From a bacterium (GTDB lineage: Bacteria; Babelota; Babeliae; Babelales; RVW-14), in NCBI GenBank assembly GCA_043822925.1, contig JBDRBF010000023.1:1-61383 (forward strand): DNA of 61,383 nucleotides, read 5' to 3'. Under the pieces are notes generated by a model that did not search any database, was not told the DNA's origin, and saw only the letters and a list, made by a program, of their open reading frames with translations. A program made the position numbers and the translations under genes. Shown here piece after piece: positions 49,293-59,380 of this stretch (its first letter is position 1; each line of letters starts with the position of its first letter).

Positions 49293-49847
49293 TTATAAAA
49301 TGTTTGATTCTGTTTTTTGTTGTAAAAAACCTTTATTACGAAAAAGAAACTGCTTAAATGGTGTTCTAATTTCCTGAATAACAAGTTCTTTATCGATATT
49401 TTTAACAACCTGAAGCTCTTGAACTATAAGATCTTCCGTCGACTGCAACAAAGTACGTTCACCAAATGATAATTCTTTTTGCTCAGAAACATGCATCAAG
49501 TCTCGATAAATTTTTGATATCTCAAGCAAATTACCACTTTGAATTTTTGACTGGTAATCTTTATTGCGACGATTCCATCCACTTGGCGTAAAATCAATAC
49601 TCTCAAGCCGACGATCTGGCTTGCTATAAAGCTCACTCATTACGGTATTAACAATTTGCATATCGCTTGGATGACGGATCCCTATTGAGTTAACGTTATA
49701 TAACGGCACAAGAATAGTCATGTCTTTAAATAAAAAGACAAGCTTTACTAATTTAACAGTTGAACCACTTATTGATTTCTCAATAATATCTCTGACTACT
49801 GCTACACCGTGGCCAGGATAAATTACTTTATCATTCCGTTCAAACAT
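49293..49847 (-). CDS. carD: CarD-family transcription regulator
   Basis: F...DKVIYPGHGVA, ILVP...GIR, WNRR, SGNLLEISKIYRDL, LSFGER. Confidence 0.93.
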   Translation of the reverse strand: MFERNDKVIYPGHGVAVVRDIIEKSISGSTVKLVKLVFLFKDMTILVPLYNVNSIGIRHPSDMQIVNTVMSELYSKPDRRLESIDFTPSGWNRRNKDYQSKIQSGNLLEISKIYRDLMHVSEQKELSFGERTLLQSTEDLIVQELQVVKNIDKELVIQEIRTPFKQFLFRNKGFLQQKTESNIL

Positions 49848-50071
49848 GTGCTCCCCTATTTCGGGAAATGATTACAAAATCAAAAGCAACACTTTTCCAC
49901 ACCCCATCGAAAGCATTAATAAAATGCATATAATTAGTCTATTATATCATACAAACAAGCAAACATAAACTAAAAAGACTACCCTTTTGACTCCTTTTAT
50001 TTTTCGGTAATACTAAGTGATCTAAGATAACAAAAATATACTTTAAATTATAATTAATGGGAATTTAATAC

Positions 50072-50626
50072 ATGCTGAAAAAAACTTTTTTTTTCTTACT
50101 TATAGTCTTTGCCCTTATATTAACACGATCTTTTTTCGCCGGACCACGAGAAACTGCCACTTACAAACTTTGGGACAAGGACGAAGATATCGATAATCTT
50201 GCATGGCAAGCCCAAGATTGGGATCCAAAACAGCAACCAATAAACATACAAACAATACAAACAGGAACAATTTCAACCACCAAAGCACCGGGCCTGACGC
50301 AACCAGTAACTCCAAGAACATCTCACCCAATACTAACACCACAGGAACAGGCAAAAGAAATAGAAAACAAAGTCATACATCTTAATAGTAAAATAGAAGC
50401 TCAAAAATTTTTCTTTGACCAACTCAATAATACAGGAACAGACCCATTTACAGGAAAAAAAGACAAACAAACAATTGCAAACAGCCTACGTAAAATACAA
50501 ACGAATCTCGAAAATATTGTAAGAGAAGCTCAACGGGAAAATATTTTAAATCTCATAGATTATGCCGAAATACAGGAAGTACAAAAAAATATTGATACCT
50601 ACCTAAAAATAGCATCTTACAAATAA
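50072..50626 (+). CDS. Hypothetical exported protein
   Basis: Signal peptide ending FFA, P/T-rich linker, helical C-terminus. Confidence 0.7.
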   Translation: MLKKTFFFLLIVFALILTRSFFAGPRETATYKLWDKDEDIDNLAWQAQDWDPKQQPINIQTIQTGTISTTKAPGLTQPVTPRTSHPILTPQEQAKEIENKVIHLNSKIEAQKFFFDQLNNTGTDPFTGKKDKQTIANSLRKIQTNLENIVREAQRENILNLIDYAEIQEVQKNIDTYLKIASYK

Positions 50627-50649
50627 CCAAACGACCAAAAGAAACAAAT

Positions 50650-50693
50650 AATAAAACGCAGACAAACACCTTAGCGTTTACCTGCGTTTTATT
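50650..50693 (+). terminator. Probable terminator
   Basis: aataaaacgcag...ctgcgttttatt hairpin downstream of 50626. Confidence 0.6.
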
Positions 50694-51248
50694 TGGCTTT
50701 CGCCCCCCTAACCCTTATTTCTAATTTTATTATAAACAAGACAAAAACAAAAAAGTAAGAGATTTGTAAAAAAATATTTTACTTTTTTTATTTTTACTTT
50801 TTTCACAACTTACCTAGCAATAGATTATGCCTGTGCCCATGCTTGTTTTCACCTAATCATGTAACTTAACAACGCAGGATAAAATTCTCACATGAGTAAT
50901 TTTTTTATAAAAGCTTCGACAAGATACGTCACGAGGCAAATAAATTTGGCTATAACAAAAAACCAATCGCCAAAATTTCAAATAAATAATTATCCCATCA
51001 GTGTCGACGCAAAAAAACATAAATTTGAAAAGAAACTCAAAAAAACGCGGTAAAACTCGCGCCAAAATCGCACGCGCACAAGCAGCCTCAAATTTGACCG
51101 ATTACCTCGCGTGACACCTTACAATAGCCCAAGTCCATTTCTTTTTGTTATGGCTAAATTTATTCCAGTTGTTTTTGAGTCCCGAAGCAGTATACTAGCT
51201 ATTTAAGGCCGAAAGCTCATGATTTAAACATGAAAACAGAGGTTACAC

Positions 51249-52622
51249 GTGGCAGAGATACAAAATCAAACAGATATGTATGACACGATAAAAAGTAAAT
51301 TTAAAAACGGCTTACGATGGAATTTTTCCGGAAGCATGATTTATGAAACAATCAAAACATTCCATCAACTTTTTTTGATCAAATTTTTATCAGTATCTCT
51401 TTACGGTCTGATTGGAAGCACCCTTTCTCTTATTTACTTAGCTACAAAAATTGCTGATGTTGGCACTACCTACTCATTACCACCATTCTTCCATTTATTT
51501 ACCAAGAACAAATTTAATTTTAAAAAACTTTTTTTTAAATATTTTTTACTGCCCCAACTTCCCATTATTATTATTACAGCTATCGCTACTACCTATATAT
51601 ACCGACAAAATTTTGTTCCCCACGCCCAACTTTTACTTATTGTTCCCATCATTATTATTTTAGAAACATTCAGATCTTTTTTGAGATATTTTTTAAATTT
51701 TTCGTTTAAAACAAAAACAGTCGTCATCTTAGAAGTCAGTACTTTTTTAACCTATGTCTCTTTTATTTGGTTTTGCGTCTTATACAAACATTCACCGGTA
51801 ACGTTAAAGCTCATTCTTTTAACACATGTAACTGAATCAGCAATCGTTGTTTCAGTTTTTTCAGGACTCGTTTATTCGATGTACAAAAAATTACCTGACA
51901 CTGAAAACGTACTTGATAGTACTATCTGGAGGCGGCTACTCAATATGCGCCTGTTCAATTATTTGATTCGACTGAGCAAGGACCTTTTTACAAGCAATTT
52001 TTTAACTCCATTTTTTGCTTTTAGATTCGGCTTTGAACAAGCAGGTTTTTTCTTTTTTGCTACAAACATTGCCTCATCAATTCAATCGATTTTCAAACAG
52101 TCTGTCGGATTTTCTGGGCATGCGCTTTTTGCAAACCTAAAAGAAAGCTCTCAAGCCGAAAAAAAAGAAGCTTTTGATTTATTGTGCCAAAAACTTGTGC
52201 ACTTTGTCGCCCCTCCCATTATTTTTCTTTTAATTAACTACAAATTCATTATAAAACTCGGCAACACTCAAGACCCAACGCTTTTAACCGGAGCTTTGGT
52301 GCTCATGTTCCTAACCATTATACTTACTGAATTCTTTCTCTTACTTTACGAGCAATTTTATATTATAGAAGAAGCGACGCAAAAACTTTTTTTCTTTAAA
52401 ATTTTCGAATTGGCCCTGCTTTATCTTGTTGTCATGTCCAAAGCCAGCAGCTCTCCCCTTATTATGCTCATTAACATTACTTTTATCAGACTTATTAGTT
52501 TTGTTATCATAGCTATCAACGCGTACTATCTTTGGAAAATAAAACCACGCCTAAAACCAGAAGCTAAATTCTTGACGCTCTGCGTCATTATCTCGATCTT
52601 GTTTTCACTGTTGTCATCATAG
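51249..52622 (+). CDS. Multi-pass membrane protein, polysaccharide flippase (MOP/Wzx)-like
   Basis: About 12 TM segments; GLRWNF...YGLIG...IADVGTT N-terminal pattern. Confidence 0.6.
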   Translation: MAEIQNQTDMYDTIKSKFKNGLRWNFSGSMIYETIKTFHQLFLIKFLSVSLYGLIGSTLSLIYLATKIADVGTTYSLPPFFHLFTKNKFNFKKLFFKYFLLPQLPIIIITAIATTYIYRQNFVPHAQLLLIVPIIIILETFRSFLRYFLNFSFKTKTVVILEVSTFLTYVSFIWFCVLYKHSPVTLKLILLTHVTESAIVVSVFSGLVYSMYKKLPDTENVLDSTIWRRLLNMRLFNYLIRLSKDLFTSNFLTPFFAFRFGFEQAGFFFFATNIASSIQSIFKQSVGFSGHALFANLKESSQAEKKEAFDLLCQKLVHFVAPPIIFLLINYKFIIKLGNTQDPTLLTGALVLMFLTIILTEFFLLLYEQFYIIEEATQKLFFFKIFELALLYLVVMSKASSSPLIMLINITFIRLISFVIIAINAYYLWKIKPRLKPEAKFLTLCVIISILFSLLSS

Positions 52623-52711
52623 ACTTGCCTGCCCTTCGACCTGTTCTCCGTAGCCACGTAGGGCATAGGGGGAAGCTACGTAGGGCGCAGTAGGGATCCA
52701 AGATCCAGGCC
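52611..52711. repeat. Triple-nested palindromic element
   Basis: ttgtcatc...gggatccaag shell containing gcccttcgac...aagct..agggc, which in turn contains ctccgtagcc..ggcatagggg. Confidence 0.7.
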
Positions 52712-52724
52712 TTATTTTCTAATC

Positions 52725-53339
52725 TTAAGAGATTACGCACCCAGTTATTTTATGAGTTGTCTTATAAAAAGCGTCGGCATACTCTTGAGCTAAAATATCT
52801 GAAAATTTATTTTCTATCAGCTCTGCTATCTCTTTTTTCTTTTCATTGTCATAGCATAGATTAAATGCTTTTGAAATTTCATATTTGCTTATATCATGTT
52901 CAAATCGATCAATTAACGTTCTGACTATTTCGACGTTCCCTATTTTTACCGTATCGACAAGAAACCCATTTTTATAAGTAATAAGCGTTATTAAAATTTT
53001 AAATGCCTCAACAATATTCTCATTCATACACATCTCAAGAATCAAACCCAATTGTTCATAATTTTCTGTTTCTAACAATATCTCAAGATACACTTTAAAA
53101 GTTCCATTTTTTACCATTCGCTCTATCTCCTCATGCATATCCCCACGAGTAAGAATTAATAAAGAAAGAGATAATGCCGTCTGCGCCGCTTCCAATAATG
53201 GCTTAAAATATTTTTTAAGAGATCCAACATGAAATAATTTTTTAGTTTGTTGAGCGCCAATAAGATTCTGTCCCTGACAATAAAGTCCAGTTATCAGACA
53301 TAAACTCAAAATAAACAAACATGCCAAAATCTTCTTCAC
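52725..53339 (-). CDS. Exported protein with an ankyrin-like repeat and a C-terminal CaaX (CVIS)
   Basis: GTG 53339 + signal peptide; LVDTVKIGNVEIVRTLI ankyrin-like helix pair; ends GCVIS. Confidence 0.7.
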   Translation of the reverse strand: MKKILACLFILSLCLITGLYCQGQNLIGAQQTKKLFHVGSLKKYFKPLLEAAQTALSLSLLILTRGDMHEEIERMVKNGTFKVYLEILLETENYEQLGLILEMCMNENIVEAFKILITLITYKNGFLVDTVKIGNVEIVRTLIDRFEHDISKYEISKAFNLCYDNEKKKEIAELIENKFSDILAQEYADAFYKTTHKITGCVIS

Positions 53340-53545
53340 TTTTTCCCCTTTTATTTTAAGTACCAAAACCCCTAGGTCCGACGTATCAAAATGTTACAAG
53401 AAAATTATAATCCTACAATATTCAGTGTAAGCAAGTAAGCTGACCAAATGCAATCAAAAACCATTGTTTTACATACATAATCTTTCTTTCTATAATCAAC
53501 CAACATTCAATTTTTTTTAGTACTCTCTTTTTGGAGGATTCTACA

Positions 53546-54172
53546 ATGAATAATAACATGAATACCAAAACAAAAAGCCCTCTTTTCAAAAAATTGAACA
53601 AAATAGCATTATTTTATTTAATTACAGTAACCCTTAGCTCAACGCCAAACATACAAAGCATGAAACCATCAGAAGACGACTTCCGGGAAGAAATAACGAA
53701 TCTTCGCCCCGAACTATTTTCTGAAGATGATTATTCTTCTCTCCTCACGCCAAAAAAATATAATGTGCCAAGTCTAAACCTCCAAAGACTTCAAGAATTA
53801 CCCATCCCAAAAGAGGCAGAAATCACAAGCTACAACAAAACTTCAAACAATTCTCCATATGCAATTTTTCAGGCTGTGTGGCAGAAGAAACACAAAAAAC
53901 TTACCAAGCTACTTAGTGACAATAATTTAAAAGAGACATTTAGCACTTACCAAGATGATAATGGCTCCTTAGCTTTTACAACACTTAAGTTTGCAATATC
54001 ACAAAAAAAACCCTTTAAATATGTCAAAATTCTTGTTGCCAACATTATTTACTCAAAAGAACAAATCACTGAAATCATTAAAGACCTCACTCAGTATATA
54101 ACCTATAGTGAAAACTACCGTCCAATCAAAGAATACTTACAAAATGTTTTAAAAGAAAAAACACAAAAATAA
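53546..54172 (+). CDS. Exported protein with degenerate ankyrin-like helices
   Basis: GGAGG RBS; leader ending IQS-M; IFQAVW...LTKLL and TTLKFAI...VKILV. Confidence 0.7.
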   Translation: MNNNMNTKTKSPLFKKLNKIALFYLITVTLSSTPNIQSMKPSEDDFREEITNLRPELFSEDDYSSLLTPKKYNVPSLNLQRLQELPIPKEAEITSYNKTSNNSPYAIFQAVWQKKHKKLTKLLSDNNLKETFSTYQDDNGSLAFTTLKFAISQKKPFKYVKILVANIIYSKEQITEIIKDLTQYITYSENYRPIKEYLQNVLKEKTQK

Positions 54173-54400
54173 GCACCCCAAAACTCTAAAGCTCTTCGAC
54201 CAAAGACAACAAGAACCAAAATTAAAAAGCAATTAAATTAAGACTTATCATACAAATATCAAACAGAAACCCCTATAAATAGTGGCTTTAGAGCGCTTTA
54301 AATACAAGCTGTTTACAAAAACAAACGTTCCTGCTATTATTATTTTCTATTGAGCAATTTACTTGAGTTTTGATTATTTTAACGCAAATAGGAGTTGAGC

Positions 54401-55218
54401 ATGAAACTTTTTACTAGAAAACTTACTTTAGCCATTCTATTAACCATAGCCCCATTAAACGTAGCCATAGAGCTACATGGAATGTTGGAACAGTCAGATG
54501 AGCATCTTTTTGCCAAAACAAGCTATGATTTAATTAAAAACCTCAAACAAGAAAAAATATCTCCAAAACAAATAAGAGATACTTTGAACAATCTTGTAAA
54601 TGATCAAACAACAAAAATTCTAACGCCATACCTCTGCGTAAAGTTTTTTTTAGAGATAAAAACAATGCCGCCCTCAAAATATTGTACTGAGGCCATTGGT
54701 GAAGTTTTATCATTTCTCGACGAGCATTTATTATCAGTTCTCTCAGATCTCACCGATTCTAGAATAACAATAATATCATGCTCGCAATAGACACTCATGC
54801 TGATCCAAAATTCGTCTCATTTGGTGGAATAAAACCTATATCACTTATTATTTCTTTTTTGCTCAAATACAACGAAGATCGCAATCCAATAAAGTTTCTT
54901 TCTAATGCTGTAGCATCAAATCATATTTCTATCGCTTCAGCACTCATTACTAATGGAGCACTAAACACCAATGATGTCATCGATTTTAACGAAAAAAACA
55001 CGTACCCTCTCCATTTAGTATTACTAAAAACAACTATAGATAAAAACTTTAAAGAAATCTGCTTGTGTCTCATAAATAATATTTACTACACAAAAAACGA
55101 ACTTAAATCGGCGATAAAACGCGCCAAATCAGAAGATTTCAAACAAATATTTATAAATAAAATAAACGATATCTACAGCCAAAAACACCACCAAAAACAA
55201 ACACTTATAAGGAAATAG
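54401..55218 (+). pseudogene. Exported ankyrin-like protein split by a frameshift near 54763-54790
   Basis: Two ORFs overlap by 13 nt: the first carries the signal peptide, the second the ankyrin-like motifs (LSNAVASNHISIASALITNGA, TYPLHL). Confidence 0.6.
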
Positions 55219-55256
55219 CGCATCTTTAATACTTTTTAAAAAAATGGAGTTATATC

Positions 55257-55793
55257 ATGAAAACTATGCAAAACAGTACAAGAAAACTTGTTTTATCATT
55301 AATTTTAGCGATAGCATCGCTCAATTTCACTCTTGTTAAGCCACTCAAAGATGCAATTTCAAGTAATCAGCCAGAAACAGTTAAAGAACGCCTGAACTGG
55401 TTGAACATCATAGAAAATTTTGACTGCACCCATGATGTTGCCGTAACTGTAGTTAAAAGCCTGGAAAAAAGCCATCTAGAAATTGCAAACCTACTCCTAG
55501 ATCACCCACATTTCAAGGATTCATTTACCTCTTTTAATGATGGATATTACGTTATGGTCTCCATTTGGAACGCTGCAAAAAAAGGCTGCATCAATACGCT
55601 TAAAACAATTTTAAGAGATGACCATATTATAGAATTATTTATAAACCGCGATGAAGGAAATGAAGCCAAACAAGCGATAGAACTTGCACAAAAAAATAAG
55701 TTCCAATCGGCAGCTGAATACCTCAAAGAACTTATACGCGAACACAAAAAAAAACTAGAAAAACAAGCATCAAGACCATTAGAAATTAAATAA
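55257..55793 (+). CDS. Ankyrin-repeat-like protein with a hydrophobic leader
   Basis: SLEKSHLEIANLLL, AAKKGCINTLKTIL, AIELAQKNKFQSAAEYL. Confidence 0.7.
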   Translation: MKTMQNSTRKLVLSLILAIASLNFTLVKPLKDAISSNQPETVKERLNWLNIIENFDCTHDVAVTVVKSLEKSHLEIANLLLDHPHFKDSFTSFNDGYYVMVSIWNAAKKGCINTLKTILRDDHIIELFINRDEGNEAKQAIELAQKNKFQSAAEYLKELIREHKKKLEKQASRPLEIK

Positions 55794-56191
55794 ACAGTTC
55801 AAAACATTAAAAAACGACGCTACTCGAAATAAATTCCCTAAAGCTCCCCTAGATATGTATGTATGTCTAAGGGAGCTTTGACATGCATTCACAAAACCAT
55901 TATGCGATCCTCCATAAAAAAACGGTAGCATTAAGAGGCCCCCGTTTTCCCTCTTTTTGGGGAGCACTAAAAAAGCATTTTTAAATTCTTAAGTTATAAG
56001 ATAAGTATTAAATTTGATTTTCATAACCTATTTATAGCAATACTCTAAACAACAGAATCACCTGTTTTTTAGAATAATTTTTTCGCAGGCTATTACTCAA
56101 ATAAATCGTATGATTGGTCTAAAAACGTCACTTAAGTAATATCGCGTGCTATTGGTTACGTAACCCGCATAAACTACTCATGTACCACTAT

Positions 56192-56247
56192 ATACACAAG
56201 CCCCTACTACATATACTTAATACACAAGCCCCTACTACATATACTTA
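56192..56247 (+). repeat. Perfect 28-bp tandem duplication
   Basis: atacacaagcccctactacatatactta at both 56192 and 56220. Confidence 0.9.
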
Positions 56248-56645
56248 TACTTAATATACTTATATGACTACGACTGCTACAACAATACTTTCGCTATTTA
56301 CTACATTTATTACTATCTATACACATAAGACATACACAATCACAAACACACAGACAAACAAGTAGGCAAACGCTCTTACTACTTAACTACCATCACTTAC
56401 ACCTCTATCAATTACATACAATTACATATACCCAAGCGACATCTATCTTTATCTATCTATTACGCTATCACGTTCTATCTCTTTTACTCCTAGACATACA
56501 CCATTACATAACATAACATATGCACTTACATATACTTATATGCTAACGCTAACAACTTTTTACTTCTTAATTCTTTACTCATCGTAACTCATCGTACGTA
56601 TGTACGAACCTCGTGATAGACCGGTATTTCAATGCCGGGCGCCGG

Positions 56646-56771
56646 AGGCCGCCCCATTGCGCCCCCTTGAAAAAGACCCCCACACCGCAACCCACAAGCC
56701 CCACGCTCACATACTTTCACCCCGAACCCATAAGCTCTCAAGCCCACGACAAAAGGCGCAATGGGGCGGCC
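56646..56771. repeat. GC-rich element with 17-bp inverted repeats
   Basis: ggccgccccattgcgcc ... ggcgcaatggggcggcc enclosing about 90 C/A-rich bases. Confidence 0.7.
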
Positions 56772-56978
56772 GGAGGAGGCCCAAAACAATTATTTGACCC
56801 AAAAAATACGCAGAGAAAAAACAAAATGCTCAAAACAACGACAATACAGCCCCAAAGAGCTCTCACCAGCTGGAACGACAATCTCCCAACAAAAAGCTTA
56901 AATTATCAGACGAAATAATTGAAAATTCAGACTGAATACCTGAGTGCTTGCGACTAAGATTTTATATGTAAAAAATAA

Positions 56979-57007
56979 TTGACAAATCTTCATCAAGAGA
57001 CTAAGCT
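56979..57007 (+). promoter_or_regulatory. Sigma70-type promoter upstream of dnaK
   Basis: TTGACA-17 bp-TAAGCT. Confidence 0.55.
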
Positions 57008-57191
57008 AATCTCACGTTTTATTAGTATGGCGCCGTGAGATTGTGCTATCTCTCCATACGCTTCTGTCCTATCATCGTGCGAAAAAGCACGAAGCTTTTC
57101 TTAGACCGGGGTTTCAGCCCCGAGACTTGACTTTGAACTGTATTTTGAAACAAAACTTGATATGTTTTAATATAAATCTAGAAGGAAACTC

Positions 57192-59132
57192 ATGGGAAAA
57201 ATTATAGGAATCGATTTAGGAACAACAAACTCAGTAGTCTCATTCATGGAAGGCGGATCACCAAAGGTAATCCCTAACCAAGAAGGCGCAAACACAACTC
57301 CATCAATCGTTGCTTTTACCAAAGATAATGAACGCTTGGTCGGTGCAATTGCAAAACGCCAATCAGTAACCAATCCAGAAAATACTATCTCTTCAGCTAA
57401 ACGATTAATTGGAAAAAAGCTTAAAGATCTAAAAGAAGAAAGTAGCTTTATACCATACAAACTTGTAGAAGGCCCAAATGGCGACGCAGTTATAAAAGTT
57501 AAAGACCGTAATTATTCTGCTGAAGAAATCGCAGCCGCTGTTTTACAAAAATTAAAACAAGCAGCAGAAGATTACTTGGGCGAAAAAGTAACTGAAGCTG
57601 TTATAACCGTTCCAGCCTACTTTAACGATGCCCAACGTCAAGCGACAAAAAACGCAGGACAAATCGCTGGTCTAGATGTAAAACGTATCATCAACGAACC
57701 AACAGCCGCAGCATTAGCCTACGGGATGGACAAAAAAACAAACGAAATAATCGCCGTATTCGACTTCGGTGGCGGAACATTTGATATTTCTATATTAGAA
57801 GTTGGCGACGGCGTAGTCGAAGTTAAATCCACTAATGGCGACACAATGCTCGGTGGCGATAATATCGATGAAAAATTAATTGAATATTTAGCCCAAGAGT
57901 TCCAAAAAGAACAAGGCGTCGATCTTAAAAAAGACAAAATGGCCCTACAACGCTTAAAAGAAGCTGCAGAAAAAGCAAAAGTAGAACTCTCATCTGCAAC
58001 AGAAACTGAAATCAACTTGCCATACATCACTGCAGATGCCAGTGGACCTAAACACTTAGTTATAAAAATCTCACGCGCAAAACTTGAAAATTTGTGCGCA
58101 GACATTTTTAAACGTCTACTTGTCCCATGCGAAAAGGCATTATCAGACGCAAAATTAAGCGCAAGCGATATTCAAGAAGTCGTGCTCGTCGGTGGATCAA
58201 CACGCATTCCTAAAGTATACGAAATCGTCAAAAACTTCTTCGGCAAAGAACCAAATAAGTCCGTAAATCCTGACGAAGTCGTTGCTATGGGTGCAGCTAT
58301 CCAAGGGGGCGTACTTGCCGGCGACGTAACCGATGTCTTATTATTAGACGTTTGCCCGCTATCTCTTGGCATTGAAACTATGGGTGGCATTGCAACCAAG
58401 CTCATCGAACGCAATACAACTATTCCAACAAGAAAATCTCAAGTTTTCTCAACAGCAGAAGACAATCAAGCAGCCGTAGACATTAACATTGTTCAGGGCG
58501 AACGTGAATTTGCTAAAGACAACAAATCACTTGGACGCTTTAGACTCGATGGTATCCCAATGGCTCCACGTGGCGTACCTCAAATTGAAGTCAGCTTTGA
58601 CATCGATGCCAACGGTATCGTAAACGTTACAGCCAAAGATTTGGGAACAAAAAAAGAACAACATATCACAATCACCAGCGCATCCGGTTTATCAAAAGAT
58701 GAAATCGAGAAATTTGTTCGTGAAGCAAAAGCTCATGAAGCAGATGATAAACAACGCAAAGAAGCAATAGAAAAACGTAATCATCTGGATGGCATGATCA
58801 TGAACATAGAAAAAACATTAAAAGAAAACAAAGACAAGTTGCCGATGGCTGAAGTCAGCACCGTCGAAGCTGCGCTTGAAAAAGCAAAAACAGCACTTAA
58901 AGAACAAGAAAATAATGCTGAAGAATTGCAAAAAGCTACTGACGAACTCATGCAAGCATCACACAACTTAGCTGAACTTATGTACAAAGAAAAACAAGCC
59001 AGTGCCGGCCAAGCAGGTCCTGACGCTGCTCAAGGTGCTACTGGTCCAGAACAAAATACAGGCCCAGAATCTTCTGAAAAGAAATCTGACGGACAAGGTC
59101 CTATTGACGCTGAATTTAGCGAAAAGAAATAA
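57192..59132 (+). CDS. dnaK: Chaperone DnaK (Hsp70)
   Basis: [62 protein letters not shown]. Confidence 0.99.
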   Translation: MGKIIGIDLGTTNSVVSFMEGGSPKVIPNQEGANTTPSIVAFTKDNERLVGAIAKRQSVTNPENTISSAKRLIGKKLKDLKEESSFIPYKLVEGPNGDAVIKVKDRNYSAEEIAAAVLQKLKQAAEDYLGEKVTEAVITVPAYFNDAQRQATKNAGQIAGLDVKRIINEPTAAALAYGMDKKTNEIIAVFDFGGGTFDISILEVGDGVVEVKSTNGDTMLGGDNIDEKLIEYLAQEFQKEQGVDLKKDKMALQRLKEAAEKAKVELSSATETEINLPYITADASGPKHLVIKISRAKLENLCADIFKRLLVPCEKALSDAKLSASDIQEVVLVGGSTRIPKVYEIVKNFFGKEPNKSVNPDEVVAMGAAIQGGVLAGDVTDVLLLDVCPLSLGIETMGGIATKLIERNTTIPTRKSQVFSTAEDNQAAVDINIVQGEREFAKDNKSLGRFRLDGIPMAPRGVPQIEVSFDIDANGIVNVTAKDLGTKKEQHITITSASGLSKDEIEKFVREAKAHEADDKQRKEAIEKRNHLDGMIMNIEKTLKENKDKLPMAEVSTVEAALEKAKTALKEQENNAEELQKATDELMQASHNLAELMYKEKQASAGQAGPDAAQGATGPEQNTGPESSEKKSDGQGPIDAEFSEKK

Positions 59133-59160
59133 GATCACTTATTCCTAACCGTAAACCCGA

Positions 59161-59188
59161 GGGCAGGCGTAAAAACCTGCCCTTTTTT
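59161..59188 (+). terminator. dnaK terminator
   Basis: gggcagg-cgtaaaaa-cctgccc followed by a T-tract. Confidence 0.85.
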
Positions 59189-59380
59189 CATCAAAACCAC
59201 TCAAAAACAGCATATCTTACTAAAAAACCACTTTTCACGCCATTTAAGTTGACACATTGCACTATTTATGAGAAAATATTTAATATATATTTTCCATACT
59301 AAATTAACGTTCTTCATATTCTCATCATACTTTCGAGGTTATAGTACTAAAAATAGTTCTAAAAAATGGGGGCCTTTATT

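Noticed and set aside
56589-56918. Short ORFs over the GC-rich inverted-repeat element
   Set aside because: Open frames arise from the local lack of stop codons; no RBS or protein-like composition.
56920-57050. CIRCE element upstream of dnaK
   Set aside because: Only half-site-like words (gagtgctt, tgtgcta); no TTAGCACTC-N9-GAGTGCTAA arrangement.
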